A DNA stretch of 64,000 bases from Bacteroidota bacterium. GTDB lineage: Bacteria > Bacteroidota > Bacteroidia > Bacteroidales > FEN-979. Under the pieces are notes generated by a model. It had not been told where the DNA came from. It saw only the letters and a list, made by a program, of their open reading frames with translations, and did no database searches. Below are positions 10,540 to 19,863 of the stretch, one piece after another. Every line of letters starts with the position of its first letter. Position 1 is the first letter of the stretch. The DNA is taken from positions 110,262 to 174,261 of the forward strand of contig JBAXIO010000009.1 of NCBI GenBank assembly GCA_037138335.1, written 5' to 3'. Both the position numbers and the translations under genes were made by a program.

Positions 10540-11261
10540 TGATACGTTGCATTGCTATCGACGATGAGTCCCTTGCGCTGGACCTGCTTGAGGACAATAT
10601 CAGCAAGATCCCTTTTCTTGAACTGGCCGGCAGGTACACCAATGCCTTCGACGCACTTAACCTGATGCAGGAAAAGCCTGTCGACCTGCTTTTCCTCGAT
10701 ATCCAGATGCCCGACATCAGCGGGATACAGTTCCTGAAAAGCCTGAAGCAAAAACCCATGGTTATTTTCACCACTGCCTTTTCAAAATATGCCCTTGAAG
10801 GGTTTGAACTGGACGTGATCGATTACCTCTTAAAACCATATTCATTTGCCCGTTTCCTGAAAGCTGTAAATAAAGCCCATGAATTTCTAGAGTTACAGGA
10901 GAGAGCGAAAGAAATTCAGAAAGGCCCTGCCTTCGGATCTCATTATCTTTTTGTGAGGGCCGATTACAAACTCGTTAAAATCGACATTCAGGAAATATTA
11001 TATATAGAAGGCCTGAAGGATTATGTTAAAATTTATTGCGGCGAGAAACCGGTATTGACCCAGATGAGCATGAAGTCGATTGAAGAAAAGCTTCCGCCTC
11101 ATGATTTTATAAGGGTTCACCGCTCCTTTATCGTGGCTTTCAATAAGATTGATTTTATTCATAAGAGCTTTATTTCCATCAGGGGGAAGGAAATCCCTCT
11201 CAGTGACAATTACAAAGACAACTTTCTTTCCCTTGTTCAGCAAAACAAGATCATGGAATAG
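10539..11261 (+). CDS. LytTR-family response regulator
   Basis: CIAIDDE, FLDIQMPD, DYLLKP; C-terminal ILYIEGLKDYVKI...FIRVHRSFIV; start overlaps the kinase stop. Confidence 0.95.
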   Translation: MIRCIAIDDESLALDLLEDNISKIPFLELAGRYTNAFDALNLMQEKPVDLLFLDIQMPDISGIQFLKSLKQKPMVIFTTAFSKYALEGFELDVIDYLLKPYSFARFLKAVNKAHEFLELQERAKEIQKGPAFGSHYLFVRADYKLVKIDIQEILYIEGLKDYVKIYCGEKPVLTQMSMKSIEEKLPPHDFIRVHRSFIVAFNKIDFIHKSFISIRGKEIPLSDNYKDNFLSLVQQNKIME

Positions 11262-11279
11262 AGATAAACACATTAAATT

Positions 11280-12620
11280 ATGAAACGAAGTACCTTATTA
11301 TTTTGCATCCTGATGTACTACTCCTTTGCGGGATGGGCGCAGAAATCACCCTGGACGTTCCAGCAATGCCTTGACACCGCTTTGAAGCGCAACATCTCGG
11401 TGAACCAGAGCAGGCTTTCGAATGAACTGAATAAAATAAGCCTCGAACAGTCCCGTGCAAACCGCATTCCCAGCGTGAGTGCCAATGTAGGGGAATCGTT
11501 CAACTTCGGTAAAAATGTTGATGCCACGACCAACAGCTTTGTCATAGGTTCATTCCATTCAGGGAATTACGGGGTAAGTGCAAGCTACAACCTGTTCAAT
11601 GGTTTGCAGAACAATAACACGATCAAGCAATACAAGCTGAACATTGAGGCCGGGAAATTTGACATTGAGAATGCCAAGAATGCAGTAATACTAAGTGTCA
11701 CGACCGGGTACCTGCAGATATTACAGCAATACGAGATCCTCAAAGTAGCACAGAACCAGCTTGCGGCGGATTCGGTGCAGGTTGACAGGACCCAGAAAAT
11801 GCTGAATGTGGGAAGGGCTGCCGAGAGCGATCTTCTGCAAATCCAGTCGCAACTTGCAACTGATTATCTTTCATTTGTAAATGCGCAGAATCAACTGGAT
11901 ATTGCAAGGGTAACCCTGATGCAGCTGATGCAGATCCCCGTGATCGATAAATTTGATGTTGAAGTGCCGACCCTTGTTGAACCCGGGCTTGATCTCCTGC
12001 AAAGCAAGGAAGTGATCTATCAGAAAGCCCTGGCTTTAATGCCCCAGATCCAATCGGCCTCGCTTAAGACCTCCAGTTCCCTGATGGCAATTAAAATTGC
12101 AACCGGGGCCCGTTGGCCGAGGTTGACTTTTTCGGCCGGGATGAGTTCAAACTATGCCTCCAGCGGCAGGAATCCCGACGTCAATGCCGATGGTTATCCG
12201 TGGTACACGCAGGTATGGAATAATGTGGGACAATCAATGAACCTTAACCTGAGCATTCCCATATATAGTAACCGCTCAATACAAAGCAGCATTGAACGGG
12301 CAACAGTTAACTCTAAAACAGCCGCACTGAATGAGCTCAACATCCAGCAGACGCTGAGAATGAACATTGAACAGTCCTATACCAGCCTGAAGTCTTCTTC
12401 AAGGTCTTATGAAGCCGGAAAGATCCAGCTTAGTTCCACAGAGATCACTTATAAGAATGCAGAGAAGAAGTATAATGTAGGGGTCATGAGTGTGACCGAC
12501 TACCTGATCCAGAAAAACAACTATACCAACTCGGTATCGAATTTAATACAGGCAAAATATAATTTCATTTTTCAGTCGAAGATCCTTGATTTTTACCAGG
12601 GGAAGGCAATATCATTTTAA
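11280..12620 (+). CDS. TolC-family outer-membrane efflux protein
   Basis: Signal peptide, WTFQQCLDTALKRN, two OEP-like halves, C-terminal KILDFYQG. Confidence 0.9.
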   Translation: MKRSTLLFCILMYYSFAGWAQKSPWTFQQCLDTALKRNISVNQSRLSNELNKISLEQSRANRIPSVSANVGESFNFGKNVDATTNSFVIGSFHSGNYGVSASYNLFNGLQNNNTIKQYKLNIEAGKFDIENAKNAVILSVTTGYLQILQQYEILKVAQNQLAADSVQVDRTQKMLNVGRAAESDLLQIQSQLATDYLSFVNAQNQLDIARVTLMQLMQIPVIDKFDVEVPTLVEPGLDLLQSKEVIYQKALALMPQIQSASLKTSSSLMAIKIATGARWPRLTFSAGMSSNYASSGRNPDVNADGYPWYTQVWNNVGQSMNLNLSIPIYSNRSIQSSIERATVNSKTAALNELNIQQTLRMNIEQSYTSLKSSSRSYEAGKIQLSSTEITYKNAEKKYNVGVMSVTDYLIQKNNYTNSVSNLIQAKYNFIFQSKILDFYQGKAISF

Positions 12621-12641
12621 AAATTTAACTCATTATATCAA

Positions 12642-14147
12642 ATGAAAAAGACCTATTGGATTATCCTGATTGTTGTTGTTCTTGGCCTGCTCACAGGGGC
12701 TTATTTCATATTCGGAAAGAAGGCTGAAAAAGCAGTGGAATTTCGCACGGGGAAAGTTGAAAAAGGCGACGTTCAGGTTGTGGTGACAGCCACGGGGACA
12801 TTAAGCGCCGACACTACGGTTGCCGTAGGCACCCAGGTATCGGGGATCATCACAAAGATTTTTGTGGATTTCAATTCGGTTGTCCGCAAGGGCCAGGTCA
12901 TTGCGGTACTTGACACTACTTTCCTTGCAGCTTCTGTGGAGGATGCCAAGTCCAGCCTTTTCAGGACCCAGGTTCAGACCAGGCTTACCAAGCGCAACTA
13001 TGAACGCAACAAAACACTTCTCGAACAAAAAGTCATAGCGCAATCCGACTTTGACCAGAGCCTCTCTGATTATGAAACTGCCCAGGCCAATGAAAGATCA
13101 TCAAAATCATCGCTTGACAGGGCCTATATCAACCTGCGTTATGCCACGATCATAGCCCCGGTCTCTGGTGTCGTCATTTCGAGGAGCGTAGATGTGGGGC
13201 AAACGGTAGCTGCAAGTTTCAGCACCCCTACCTTGTTTTCCATTGCCAATGACCTTACGAAGATGCAGCTCCAGGCCAGCATTGATGAAGCCGATATAGG
13301 GAAGATAAAAGTCGGACAGGATGTCACTTTCAGGGTTGACGCTTATATGGACCAGACATTTTCGGGAACGGTAAGGCAGGTCAGGCTTCAGCCTGTGACC
13401 TTGCAGAATGTCGTCAATTACACAGTGGTTATTGACGTGCCGAATCCCGACAAGAAGCTTATGCCCGGGATGACGGCTAACCTCACTGTCAAGATACAGG
13501 AAGCGCTCAACGTAATTAAAATACCGTCGGCCTCGCTGAGGTTCTGGCCGCCACAGGATTATCTTGAAAAACACATGAAAGAATACCCCGATTCCACCCA
13601 GAAGATGCTCGAAAGGGTACTGAAGTTCATGGCCCGCAAGCAATCCGGACAAGGTTTCGGCGGCCAGGGCGGAAGCGGAGGAGCGGCAGGTTCGGGTATG
13701 GCGGCAGGCAATGGAGCCCAGGCCAGCGGCGGCGGACAGCAGCCGGCAGCCGGCGGTCGGCAGCCGGCAGGTGGCGGACAGCAGTCGGCAGCCGGCGGTC
13801 GGCCGATGGCATTCGGCAATCAGCAGGCGGCAGGTGGCGGACAGCAGTCGGCAGGCCAGGGCCGTCAGGGCTGGGGAGGCCAGGGTGGTGGCTTCAACCG
13901 CCAGAAAATGGGCATGGTATGGGTAAAACAGGGCGATTTGCTTTTCCCCCGCCGTGTTAAAACCGGGATCTCCGACAACAGCTCCACCGAGGTTGAAGGT
14001 AATTTAAAAGAAGGGGATGAACTGGTGACTGGCATTGTAAATACAAGTTCAACCCAGCAAACAACCCAGCAGCAAAACCCGTTCGCTCCTACGATGGGTC
14101 GTCCGCCCCAGGGTGGTGGAAGCGGCGGCGCAAGAGGAGGACGCTGA
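12642..14147 (+). CDS. MacA-like periplasmic adaptor (efflux membrane fusion protein) with a Gly/Gln-rich insertion
   Basis: N-terminal TM; VTATGTL, VGTQVSG, DFNSVVRKGQ, GQTVAASFSTPTLF, IDEADIG, LMPGMTAN. Confidence 0.92.
   Translation: MKKTYWIILIVVVLGLLTGAYFIFGKKAEKAVEFRTGKVEKGDVQVVVTATGTLSADTTVAVGTQVSGIITKIFVDFNSVVRKGQVIAVLDTTFLAASVEDAKSSLFRTQVQTRLTKRNYERNKTLLEQKVIAQSDFDQSLSDYETAQANERSSKSSLDRAYINLRYATIIAPVSGVVISRSVDVGQTVAASFSTPTLFSIANDLTKMQLQASIDEADIGKIKVGQDVTFRVDAYMDQTFSGTVRQVRLQPVTLQNVVNYTVVIDVPNPDKKLMPGMTANLTVKIQEALNVIKIPSASLRFWPPQDYLEKHMKEYPDSTQKMLERVLKFMARKQSGQGFGGQGGSGGAAGSGMAAGNGAQASGGGQQPAAGGRQPAGGGQQSAAGGRPMAFGNQQAAGGGQQSAGQGRQGWGGQGGGFNRQKMGMVWVKQGDLLFPRRVKTGISDNSSTEVEGNLKEGDELVTGIVNTSSTQQTTQQQNPFAPTMGRPPQGGGSGGARGGR
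13730..13855 (+). repeat. In-frame degenerate heptamer tandem array (CGGCAGY-like x18) inside the adaptor gene
   Basis: cggcgga cagcagc cggcagc cggcggt cggcagc cggcagg tggcgga cagcagt ...; 126 bp = 18 x 7, encoding GQQPAAG/GRQPAGG-type 7-aa repeats. Confidence 0.8.
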
Positions 14148-14148
14148 T

Positions 14149-14904
14149 ATGAAAGAGACTATCATTTCGGTTAATCACCTGGTCAAGATCTATAAAATGG
14201 GAGACCTCGAAGTGCATGCACTGAGGGGGATAAAGCTCGAGATCTATAAAAGCGATTTTGTGGCTATCATGGGGAAAAGCGGTTCAGGCAAATCCACCTT
14301 CATGAACATCGCAGGCTGCCTCGATGTGCCAACGAAAGGTGAATATATGCTCGATGGCGTGGATGTGGGAAAACTGAATAAAGACGAGCTTGCCCATCTG
14401 CGGAATATAAAAATCGGGTTTGTATTCCAGTCGTTCAACCTCCTTTCACGTACATCAGCCCTTGAAAATGTTGAACTGCCCCTGATGTACAACAGTAAAA
14501 TCACTTCGAAAGAAATGAAGGAACGCTCAATAAATGCCCTTGAATCAGTGGGCCTTGCCAGCCGTGCTCACCATTTCCCAAGCCAGCTTTCAGGAGGGGA
14601 ACAGCAACGTGTTGCCATCGCAAGGGCCCTGGTGAACAACCCGGTCGTGATCCTTGCCGATGAACCTACAGGGAACCTCGATACACGCACATCCGTAGAG
14701 GTGATGAGCATTTTCCAGAAGCTGAATACCCAGGGCATCACAGTCATAATTGTGACCCATGAACCCGATATTGCTGCTTATACAAACAGGAATGTGACTT
14801 TCAGGGACGGGCGGATTCAAAAGGATTTAACGGTGGAAAAACCCCGGAATGCCGCGATAGAACTTTTAACCATGCCCGTTTTATCAGAGGAGGATACGAT
14901 ATGA
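14149..14904 (+). CDS. ABC transporter ATP-binding protein (MacB/LolD family)
   Basis: Walker [40 protein letters not shown]; ATG 14149 follows the adaptor stop. Confidence 0.95.
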   Translation: MKETIISVNHLVKIYKMGDLEVHALRGIKLEIYKSDFVAIMGKSGSGKSTFMNIAGCLDVPTKGEYMLDGVDVGKLNKDELAHLRNIKIGFVFQSFNLLSRTSALENVELPLMYNSKITSKEMKERSINALESVGLASRAHHFPSQLSGGEQQRVAIARALVNNPVVILADEPTGNLDTRTSVEVMSIFQKLNTQGITVIIVTHEPDIAAYTNRNVTFRDGRIQKDLTVEKPRNAAIELLTMPVLSEEDTI

Positions 14905-16121
14905 AACTCAGAAACCAGTTAAAGGCGGCATTACGGTCATTAGGCAAGAATAAAATGAGGACTTTCCTCACCATGCTTGGGATCATCATCGGTGTTGCGT
15001 CGGTGATTGCCATGCTCGCTATAGGTCAGGGTTCCAAGGAAAGCATCCAGAAACAGATTGCCAATCTCGGCACAAACCTCCTGACCGTGTTCCCTTCGGC
15101 CAGTATGACCGGGGGAGTAAGGATGGAAGCAGGGTCAAGCGTGAAGCTGACGATGGACGATTACAAAGCGGTTTCAAGCCGTTGCCCGGCCGTTTTATAT
15201 TCCACCCCAACCGTCAGGACCAGCGGGCAGCTTATTGCAGGCGGCCAGAACTGGAGGACCACGGTATGGGGGGTCTACCCCGATTATTTCAATATCCGTA
15301 ACCTGGAAATTGAAAAAGGCGCAGCCTTTACTTTGAACGACGACCGTACAGCAACGAAAGTATGCGTGATCGGGCAAACGGTGAATAAATACTTATTTGG
15401 TGAAGGCCAGGATCCCACCGGCAAGATCATCCGCATTAACAAAATCCCCTTCCAGGTAATAGGCCTGATAGCAACGAAAGGCCAGAATGCCTGGGGCCAG
15501 GACCAGGACGATATCGTGATTGCGCCTTTCAATACTGTACAAGTGCGCATGATGACCGTGGCCTATATCCAGAGCATCATGCTGTCGGCCACATCAGAAA
15601 AAATGATACCTGAAGCTACCGATGAAGTCACCCAGGTTTTAAAAGAACGGCACAGGCTGGGGCCTTCGGAAGACCCGGATTTCAGCATCCGTTCACAGGC
15701 TGATATTTCCAGCGCCGCAACGGCCACCTCCGGCATATTAACCGCATTGCTTGCAAGCATAGCAAGTATTTCACTGCTCGTGGGGGGTATCGGCATCATG
15801 AATATCATGCTGGTATCGGTTACCGAAAGGACCCGTGAGATTGGTATCAGGATGGGCGTAGGCGCCAGGGGCAGGGACGTATTGCTTCAGTTCCTTATCG
15901 AAGCCCTGATGATCAGCCTTATCGGCGGGTTACTCGGCGTAGGTCTCGGGATCATAGCCTCAGGCGTGATAGCCAGTATTATGAGCTGGCCTGTCACCAT
16001 CACGATCCAGTCGATTGTGCTTTCGTTCATGTTTTCGACCGTGATCGGTATTTTCTTCGGATGGTACCCGGCCCGCAAGGCTGCAAGCCTTAATCCTATC
16101 GATGCATTAAGGTACGAATAG
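14901..16121 (+). CDS. MacB/FtsX-family ABC permease
   Basis: RTFLTMLGIIIGVASVI; VGGIGIMNIMLVSVTERTREIGIR; PARKAASLNPIDALRYE. Confidence 0.95.
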   Translation: MKLRNQLKAALRSLGKNKMRTFLTMLGIIIGVASVIAMLAIGQGSKESIQKQIANLGTNLLTVFPSASMTGGVRMEAGSSVKLTMDDYKAVSSRCPAVLYSTPTVRTSGQLIAGGQNWRTTVWGVYPDYFNIRNLEIEKGAAFTLNDDRTATKVCVIGQTVNKYLFGEGQDPTGKIIRINKIPFQVIGLIATKGQNAWGQDQDDIVIAPFNTVQVRMMTVAYIQSIMLSATSEKMIPEATDEVTQVLKERHRLGPSEDPDFSIRSQADISSAATATSGILTALLASIASISLLVGGIGIMNIMLVSVTERTREIGIRMGVGARGRDVLLQFLIEALMISLIGGLLGVGLGIIASGVIASIMSWPVTITIQSIVLSFMFSTVIGIFFGWYPARKAASLNPIDALRYE

Positions 16122-16129
16122 GGGGCTGA

Positions 16130-16888
16130 TCACTTTCTCCCGGTAAGATCCAGTATCCCGTTGATGAACGTCAGGGGATGGGGCGGATTACCCGGTACAT
16201 AAAGATCGGGACTGCAGGTTTCAGGGAAGCTCCTGTTTGTTTGCCTGCTGTTCTCAAAGATGCCTCCGCTGATGGCCGCCGTTCCGGCAAGGACCAAAAT
16301 TTTCGGGGAAGGTATGGCGTCATAGCAGATCTGTAAGGCTTCAGCCATATTCCCGCTGATGGGGCCGGTGAGCACGATGCCGTCGGCATGCCTTGGGGAT
16401 GCAACGAATTCAATTCCATAACGGCCCATGTCAAAGTTCACGTTACCTGCTGCATTGAGTTCCATTTCGGCCGAATTATCTCCCCCTGCCGATACCTGCC
16501 GCAGTTTAAGTGCATGGCCGAAATAGGAACTTATCTCCTTTCTTACCATGGCCTGGTCGATCGTAATTGGAATATCTTCCCCGGCTTTTATGATCAGTTT
16601 CTCCCTGTTGTTTGTTGCCAGCCTGTGATCGTTGGTAAACCTTATCCTGCCTGCAGTGGCGAAGCTGCATTCCATGCAGAATTCGCATTTCCCCAGGTCG
16701 AGGGTGAAGGGCCCTGAAGTGATTGCTCCCACAGGGCATACATTCACGGCCGATTTTTCTTCAGCCGGGGTGATATCGCCGCTGATCACGGGCCGGCCGC
16801 GGAACCCTTCGGGAATAACGGCTTTGCGAAGGTCTTTCACGTACTGCCTGCCGTGGCGGCGGAATATTCTGATAATGCTTAATGCCAT
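16130..16888 (-). CDS. Ehr/Hyf small subunit (NuoB/HyfI-like) fused to an N-terminal ferredoxin-like (NuoI/HyfH-like) segment; proximal-cluster cysteines absent
   Basis: FRGRPVI, CPVGAI, KCEFCMEC (ferredoxin); FVASPRHADGIVLTGP (NuoB family). The Cys positions read GGDNSAEME, GTAAISGG and PGNPPHP. Confidence 0.85.
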   Translation of the reverse strand: MALSIIRIFRRHGRQYVKDLRKAVIPEGFRGRPVISGDITPAEEKSAVNVCPVGAITSGPFTLDLGKCEFCMECSFATAGRIRFTNDHRLATNNREKLIIKAGEDIPITIDQAMVRKEISSYFGHALKLRQVSAGGDNSAEMELNAAGNVNFDMGRYGIEFVASPRHADGIVLTGPISGNMAEALQICYDAIPSPKILVLAGTAAISGGIFENSRQTNRSFPETCSPDLYVPGNPPHPLTFINGILDLTGRK

Positions 16889-16891
16889 CGT

Positions 16892-18427
16892 TTATAGATC
16901 ATGTCCGCAGTATGATAAATTGTAGCTCTTATTGCATAAAGGGAAATCTGATATTTCCTGGTTCCTTACAGCCAGTGCCAGCGCCATCCAGTTATGGAAT
17001 GAAGGGTCTTTTATTTTGTAATGAATGATCTTCCCATTCTGGTCTGTGACTGCGGAATGCATTATCTCTCCCCTCCAGCCCTCGGCCAGCGACAAGGCAA
17101 AGCTTGAAGGACGAAGGCTGAATTCATATAAGGGTTGGGCCGGTTCCCTTTCAAAATCCTTTCCCATAAGAAAATCCCTGATCAGCAGAATTGATTTATC
17201 AACTTCCTGCTTCCTGAGCATGGCCCTGGCCCAGACATCCCCCTGGTGAAGGGTTACGGGCTCATAAACTATATCAGTAAAGGCCTGGAAGGGATGCGAC
17301 CACCTGATATCACGTTTGACCCCGCTGCTCCTGGCTGCCATGCCAACAGCGCCTATCATCCCTGCCTGGCGGGCGCTGACTTTGCCGATGCCTTCAAAAC
17401 GGCTGAGGACGCTGGGGTTTGTGAACATCTCATGCGTGATCTGCCCGTATCTTTCTTCTACTTCTTTCAGTTTCGAGAGCAGGAGTTTAATAAAACCTCC
17501 GTTTAAAGGATAATGGCTTCCGCCCGTACGCACCAGTCCTTTCCCGAAACGGTTCCCGCACCACGACTGGGTTGTGTTGATCATGATAGTACGGAGGGCT
17601 TCGTTAACAACCTGCCCGAACTGGTAAGCAATATCTGTGCAAAGGGCTGCCGTGTCGCCAATGTGGACTGCAATCCGCTCAAGCTCAAGGGCAATGGTCC
17701 GTTCCCTTTGCAGGGCTGCAGCAGGTGTAACCCCGGCAAGGGTTTCGAGAAGCTGGGCATGGGTTAATGAGTGGCCTGCGGCAGTATCGCCTGCAATGCT
17801 TTCAGCTAGAACTGCACGCTGTATCCCTGTTTGCTTTTCCAGGAACAGCGTTTCCATCCCCCTGTGCTGGAACCCCAGCTGGATCTCGAGGTGAAGTACC
17901 TTCTCGCCATTGCAGCTGAAACGGAAGTACCCGGGTTCAATAATCCCGGCATGGATGGGGCCTACACCAACTTCATGGATACCCTCGCCTTCGATGGAGA
18001 AAAAGGGATAAGGGATGGGGGATGCAGGATGAATGATTCCTGATGCGGGATCCTGTATCCTGCATCCTGCATCCGGATTATGCAAACGTACCGGTTTCAG
18101 CCAGGGATGACCGCTGAATACAATCCCATACTGTTCCCATATCTCACGCTCATACATATGAAATGAAGAATGCAAAGCAGTAAGTGATGAAAGAACATGC
18201 AGTGGGGAGGCAGCCTGCTCGTGGGAAAGCAATACAAAATCTTTTTTATGGTCAGAGGCGATACAGCAAAAAAACCTCAATGCTGCTCCAAGCGGTACCG
18301 CGTGATATGTAACGCAGTGACATCCCTCATCCGCCATCAGTTCATTCACCTTTGCAAAAAATTCCGGATAATCAAACAAAGGGATGTCGGCGAGCGGAAC
18401 AATAAAAGGGTTTGTATTTATTGTCAT
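16892..18427 (-). CDS. Ehr large subunit (NuoCD/HyfG-like) without [NiFe]-binding CxxC motifs
   Basis: YEREIWEQYGIVFSGHPWLKP (NuoC part); VGVGPIHAGIIEPGYFRF, HRGME, ELERIAVH, EGWRGE, KDPSFHNW (NuoD part). L1 reads ESIAGD and L2 reads DFPLCNKSYNLSY. Confidence 0.88.
   Translation of the reverse strand: MTINTNPFIVPLADIPLFDYPEFFAKVNELMADEGCHCVTYHAVPLGAALRFFCCIASDHKKDFVLLSHEQAASPLHVLSSLTALHSSFHMYEREIWEQYGIVFSGHPWLKPVRLHNPDAGCRIQDPASGIIHPASPIPYPFFSIEGEGIHEVGVGPIHAGIIEPGYFRFSCNGEKVLHLEIQLGFQHRGMETLFLEKQTGIQRAVLAESIAGDTAAGHSLTHAQLLETLAGVTPAAALQRERTIALELERIAVHIGDTAALCTDIAYQFGQVVNEALRTIMINTTQSWCGNRFGKGLVRTGGSHYPLNGGFIKLLLSKLKEVEERYGQITHEMFTNPSVLSRFEGIGKVSARQAGMIGAVGMAARSSGVKRDIRWSHPFQAFTDIVYEPVTLHQGDVWARAMLRKQEVDKSILLIRDFLMGKDFEREPAQPLYEFSLRPSSFALSLAEGWRGEIMHSAVTDQNGKIIHYKIKDPSFHNWMALALAVRNQEISDFPLCNKSYNLSYCGHDL
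18005..18074. repeat. Heptamer array with inverted arm inside the Ehr large-subunit gene
   Basis: gggataa gggatgg gggatgc aggatga atgattc ctgatgc gggatcc, then tgtatcc tgcatcc tgcatcc (reverse complement of GGATGCA). Confidence 0.7.
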
Positions 18428-19863
18428 CGCGGCAGGTTTTGAATAATATCATTGATCAGGCCCCTGAAAAAAGCCGGTTGGGAAAAGCATATAAAAATCA
18501 CGAGGCCGAACAGCACAAATTGTGAAACTGTTTGCCAGGGATTTACTTTCTCATGCTGTTTGCCCGATGAAGTGCGGGGCTGTGAAAAAACAATGTGTAA
18601 AACCCTTGTAAGCAGGGCATACAGAACGTAGCAAAGCAGGAGGGCGGCCACCGCCAGGTAGAGGTAATCCCCGTTTGCCGCCATGGCTTTGAACATCAGC
18701 AGTTCCGAAATAAACATTCCTGAAGGGGGGATTGCGGTTATGCAAAGAAGACCCAGTAAAAGAGCAGTTGCGCCGGCGGGGTAGAGGTTCATATAATTTC
18801 CCGATTCGTCAAGGTTATAAGTGCCCATGACTTTGTACGATTGCCCCATCTGGTAGAAAAGGCCCGCTTTGGCGAAGGAGTGAAGAATGATATGCAGTAT
18901 GGCTGCGTAGTATCCTATACCGCCCATTCCAAGCGCTATCGCGACAATACCCATATTTTCCAGGCTGGAGTACGCCAGCATCCGCTTGTTGTGTTTGGCT
19001 TTAAGCATGTACCCTGCCGAGATCAGGAGTGATAGGAAGCCTGAAAGAAGCAGCACATGGTTCATGAACGGCAGGATGGGAGTGGCCGAGAACAGGGCAT
19101 AAATGCGGAAAATAGCCAGGAACCCTACGTTCATCAGGGTAGTTGAAATAAAAGCGCTGATAGGCGGGGGAGCCACGGTATGCGCATCCACGGTCACCGT
19201 ATGCATCGGGAAGAGACCCATTTTGGTGCTGTAGCCCACGAGTACGAAAACAAATGCGATCTTAAGGTACAGAGGGTTTGCCATGCGGGCAATTTCGGTG
19301 ATGGAAGAAAATGAAAGATGCAGGAGGCGGGCATCCCTTACTGTGAACCCCAGGAAAAGAATACCGATATATGCGAGGGCGATACCTATTGAACAAACAA
19401 AAACATATTTCCAGGTAGCTTCAAGGGCAATGGCTGTGCGGTCATGGTAGATGAGGGCAGCTACGGCAAGCGTCGTGGCTTCCACGAAGATCCATACCGT
19501 GGTCATCCCGTTGGCCAGGTATGCTCCCGTCATCGAAGCAATGAGGGCAATGAGGGCAGCATGATAGATGGCATAGATCCTGGGCGGATCATTTTTAACA
19601 TAAATAAACCCATGGTAAACCGTAGTGATGCTCAGTATTGAAAGCACCGACTGCAGCAGCAGGCCCAGGGTGTCGAATGTAAAATAATCGAGGACCGTCT
19701 CACCCCTGTGCATCCAGCAATAGATCGTAAATGCAATATGGACAAGGGTGTAAAATGATGTAAGCGTTCGTGCAAGGGGTTTTGAATGGATAAGCCCCAC
19801 AAGCAGGCCGAGCACCAGGGAGATGGCGAAAAAGAGGATGAATATGTAAGCAGCCTCAGTCAT
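18424..19863 (-). CDS. hyfF: Proton-conducting antiporter-like subunit (HyfF/NuoM-N family)
   Basis: WIFVEATTLA, LEATWKY, GYSTKMGLFPMH, DAHTVAPPPISA, KRMLAYSSLENMG, HSFAKAGLF. Confidence 0.88.
   Translation of the reverse strand: MTEAAYIFILFFAISLVLGLLVGLIHSKPLARTLTSFYTLVHIAFTIYCWMHRGETVLDYFTFDTLGLLLQSVLSILSITTVYHGFIYVKNDPPRIYAIYHAALIALIASMTGAYLANGMTTVWIFVEATTLAVAALIYHDRTAIALEATWKYVFVCSIGIALAYIGILFLGFTVRDARLLHLSFSSITEIARMANPLYLKIAFVFVLVGYSTKMGLFPMHTVTVDAHTVAPPPISAFISTTLMNVGFLAIFRIYALFSATPILPFMNHVLLLSGFLSLLISAGYMLKAKHNKRMLAYSSLENMGIVAIALGMGGIGYYAAILHIILHSFAKAGLFYQMGQSYKVMGTYNLDESGNYMNLYPAGATALLLGLLCITAIPPSGMFISELLMFKAMAANGDYLYLAVAALLLCYVLYALLTRVLHIVFSQPRTSSGKQHEKVNPWQTVSQFVLFGLVIFICFSQPAFFRGLINDIIQNLPR

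Noticed and set aside
16892-18427. Functional [NiFe] hydrogenase-4 / formate hydrogenlyase
   Set aside because: Both CxxC metal-binding motifs are missing, and no maturation or fdh genes are nearby.
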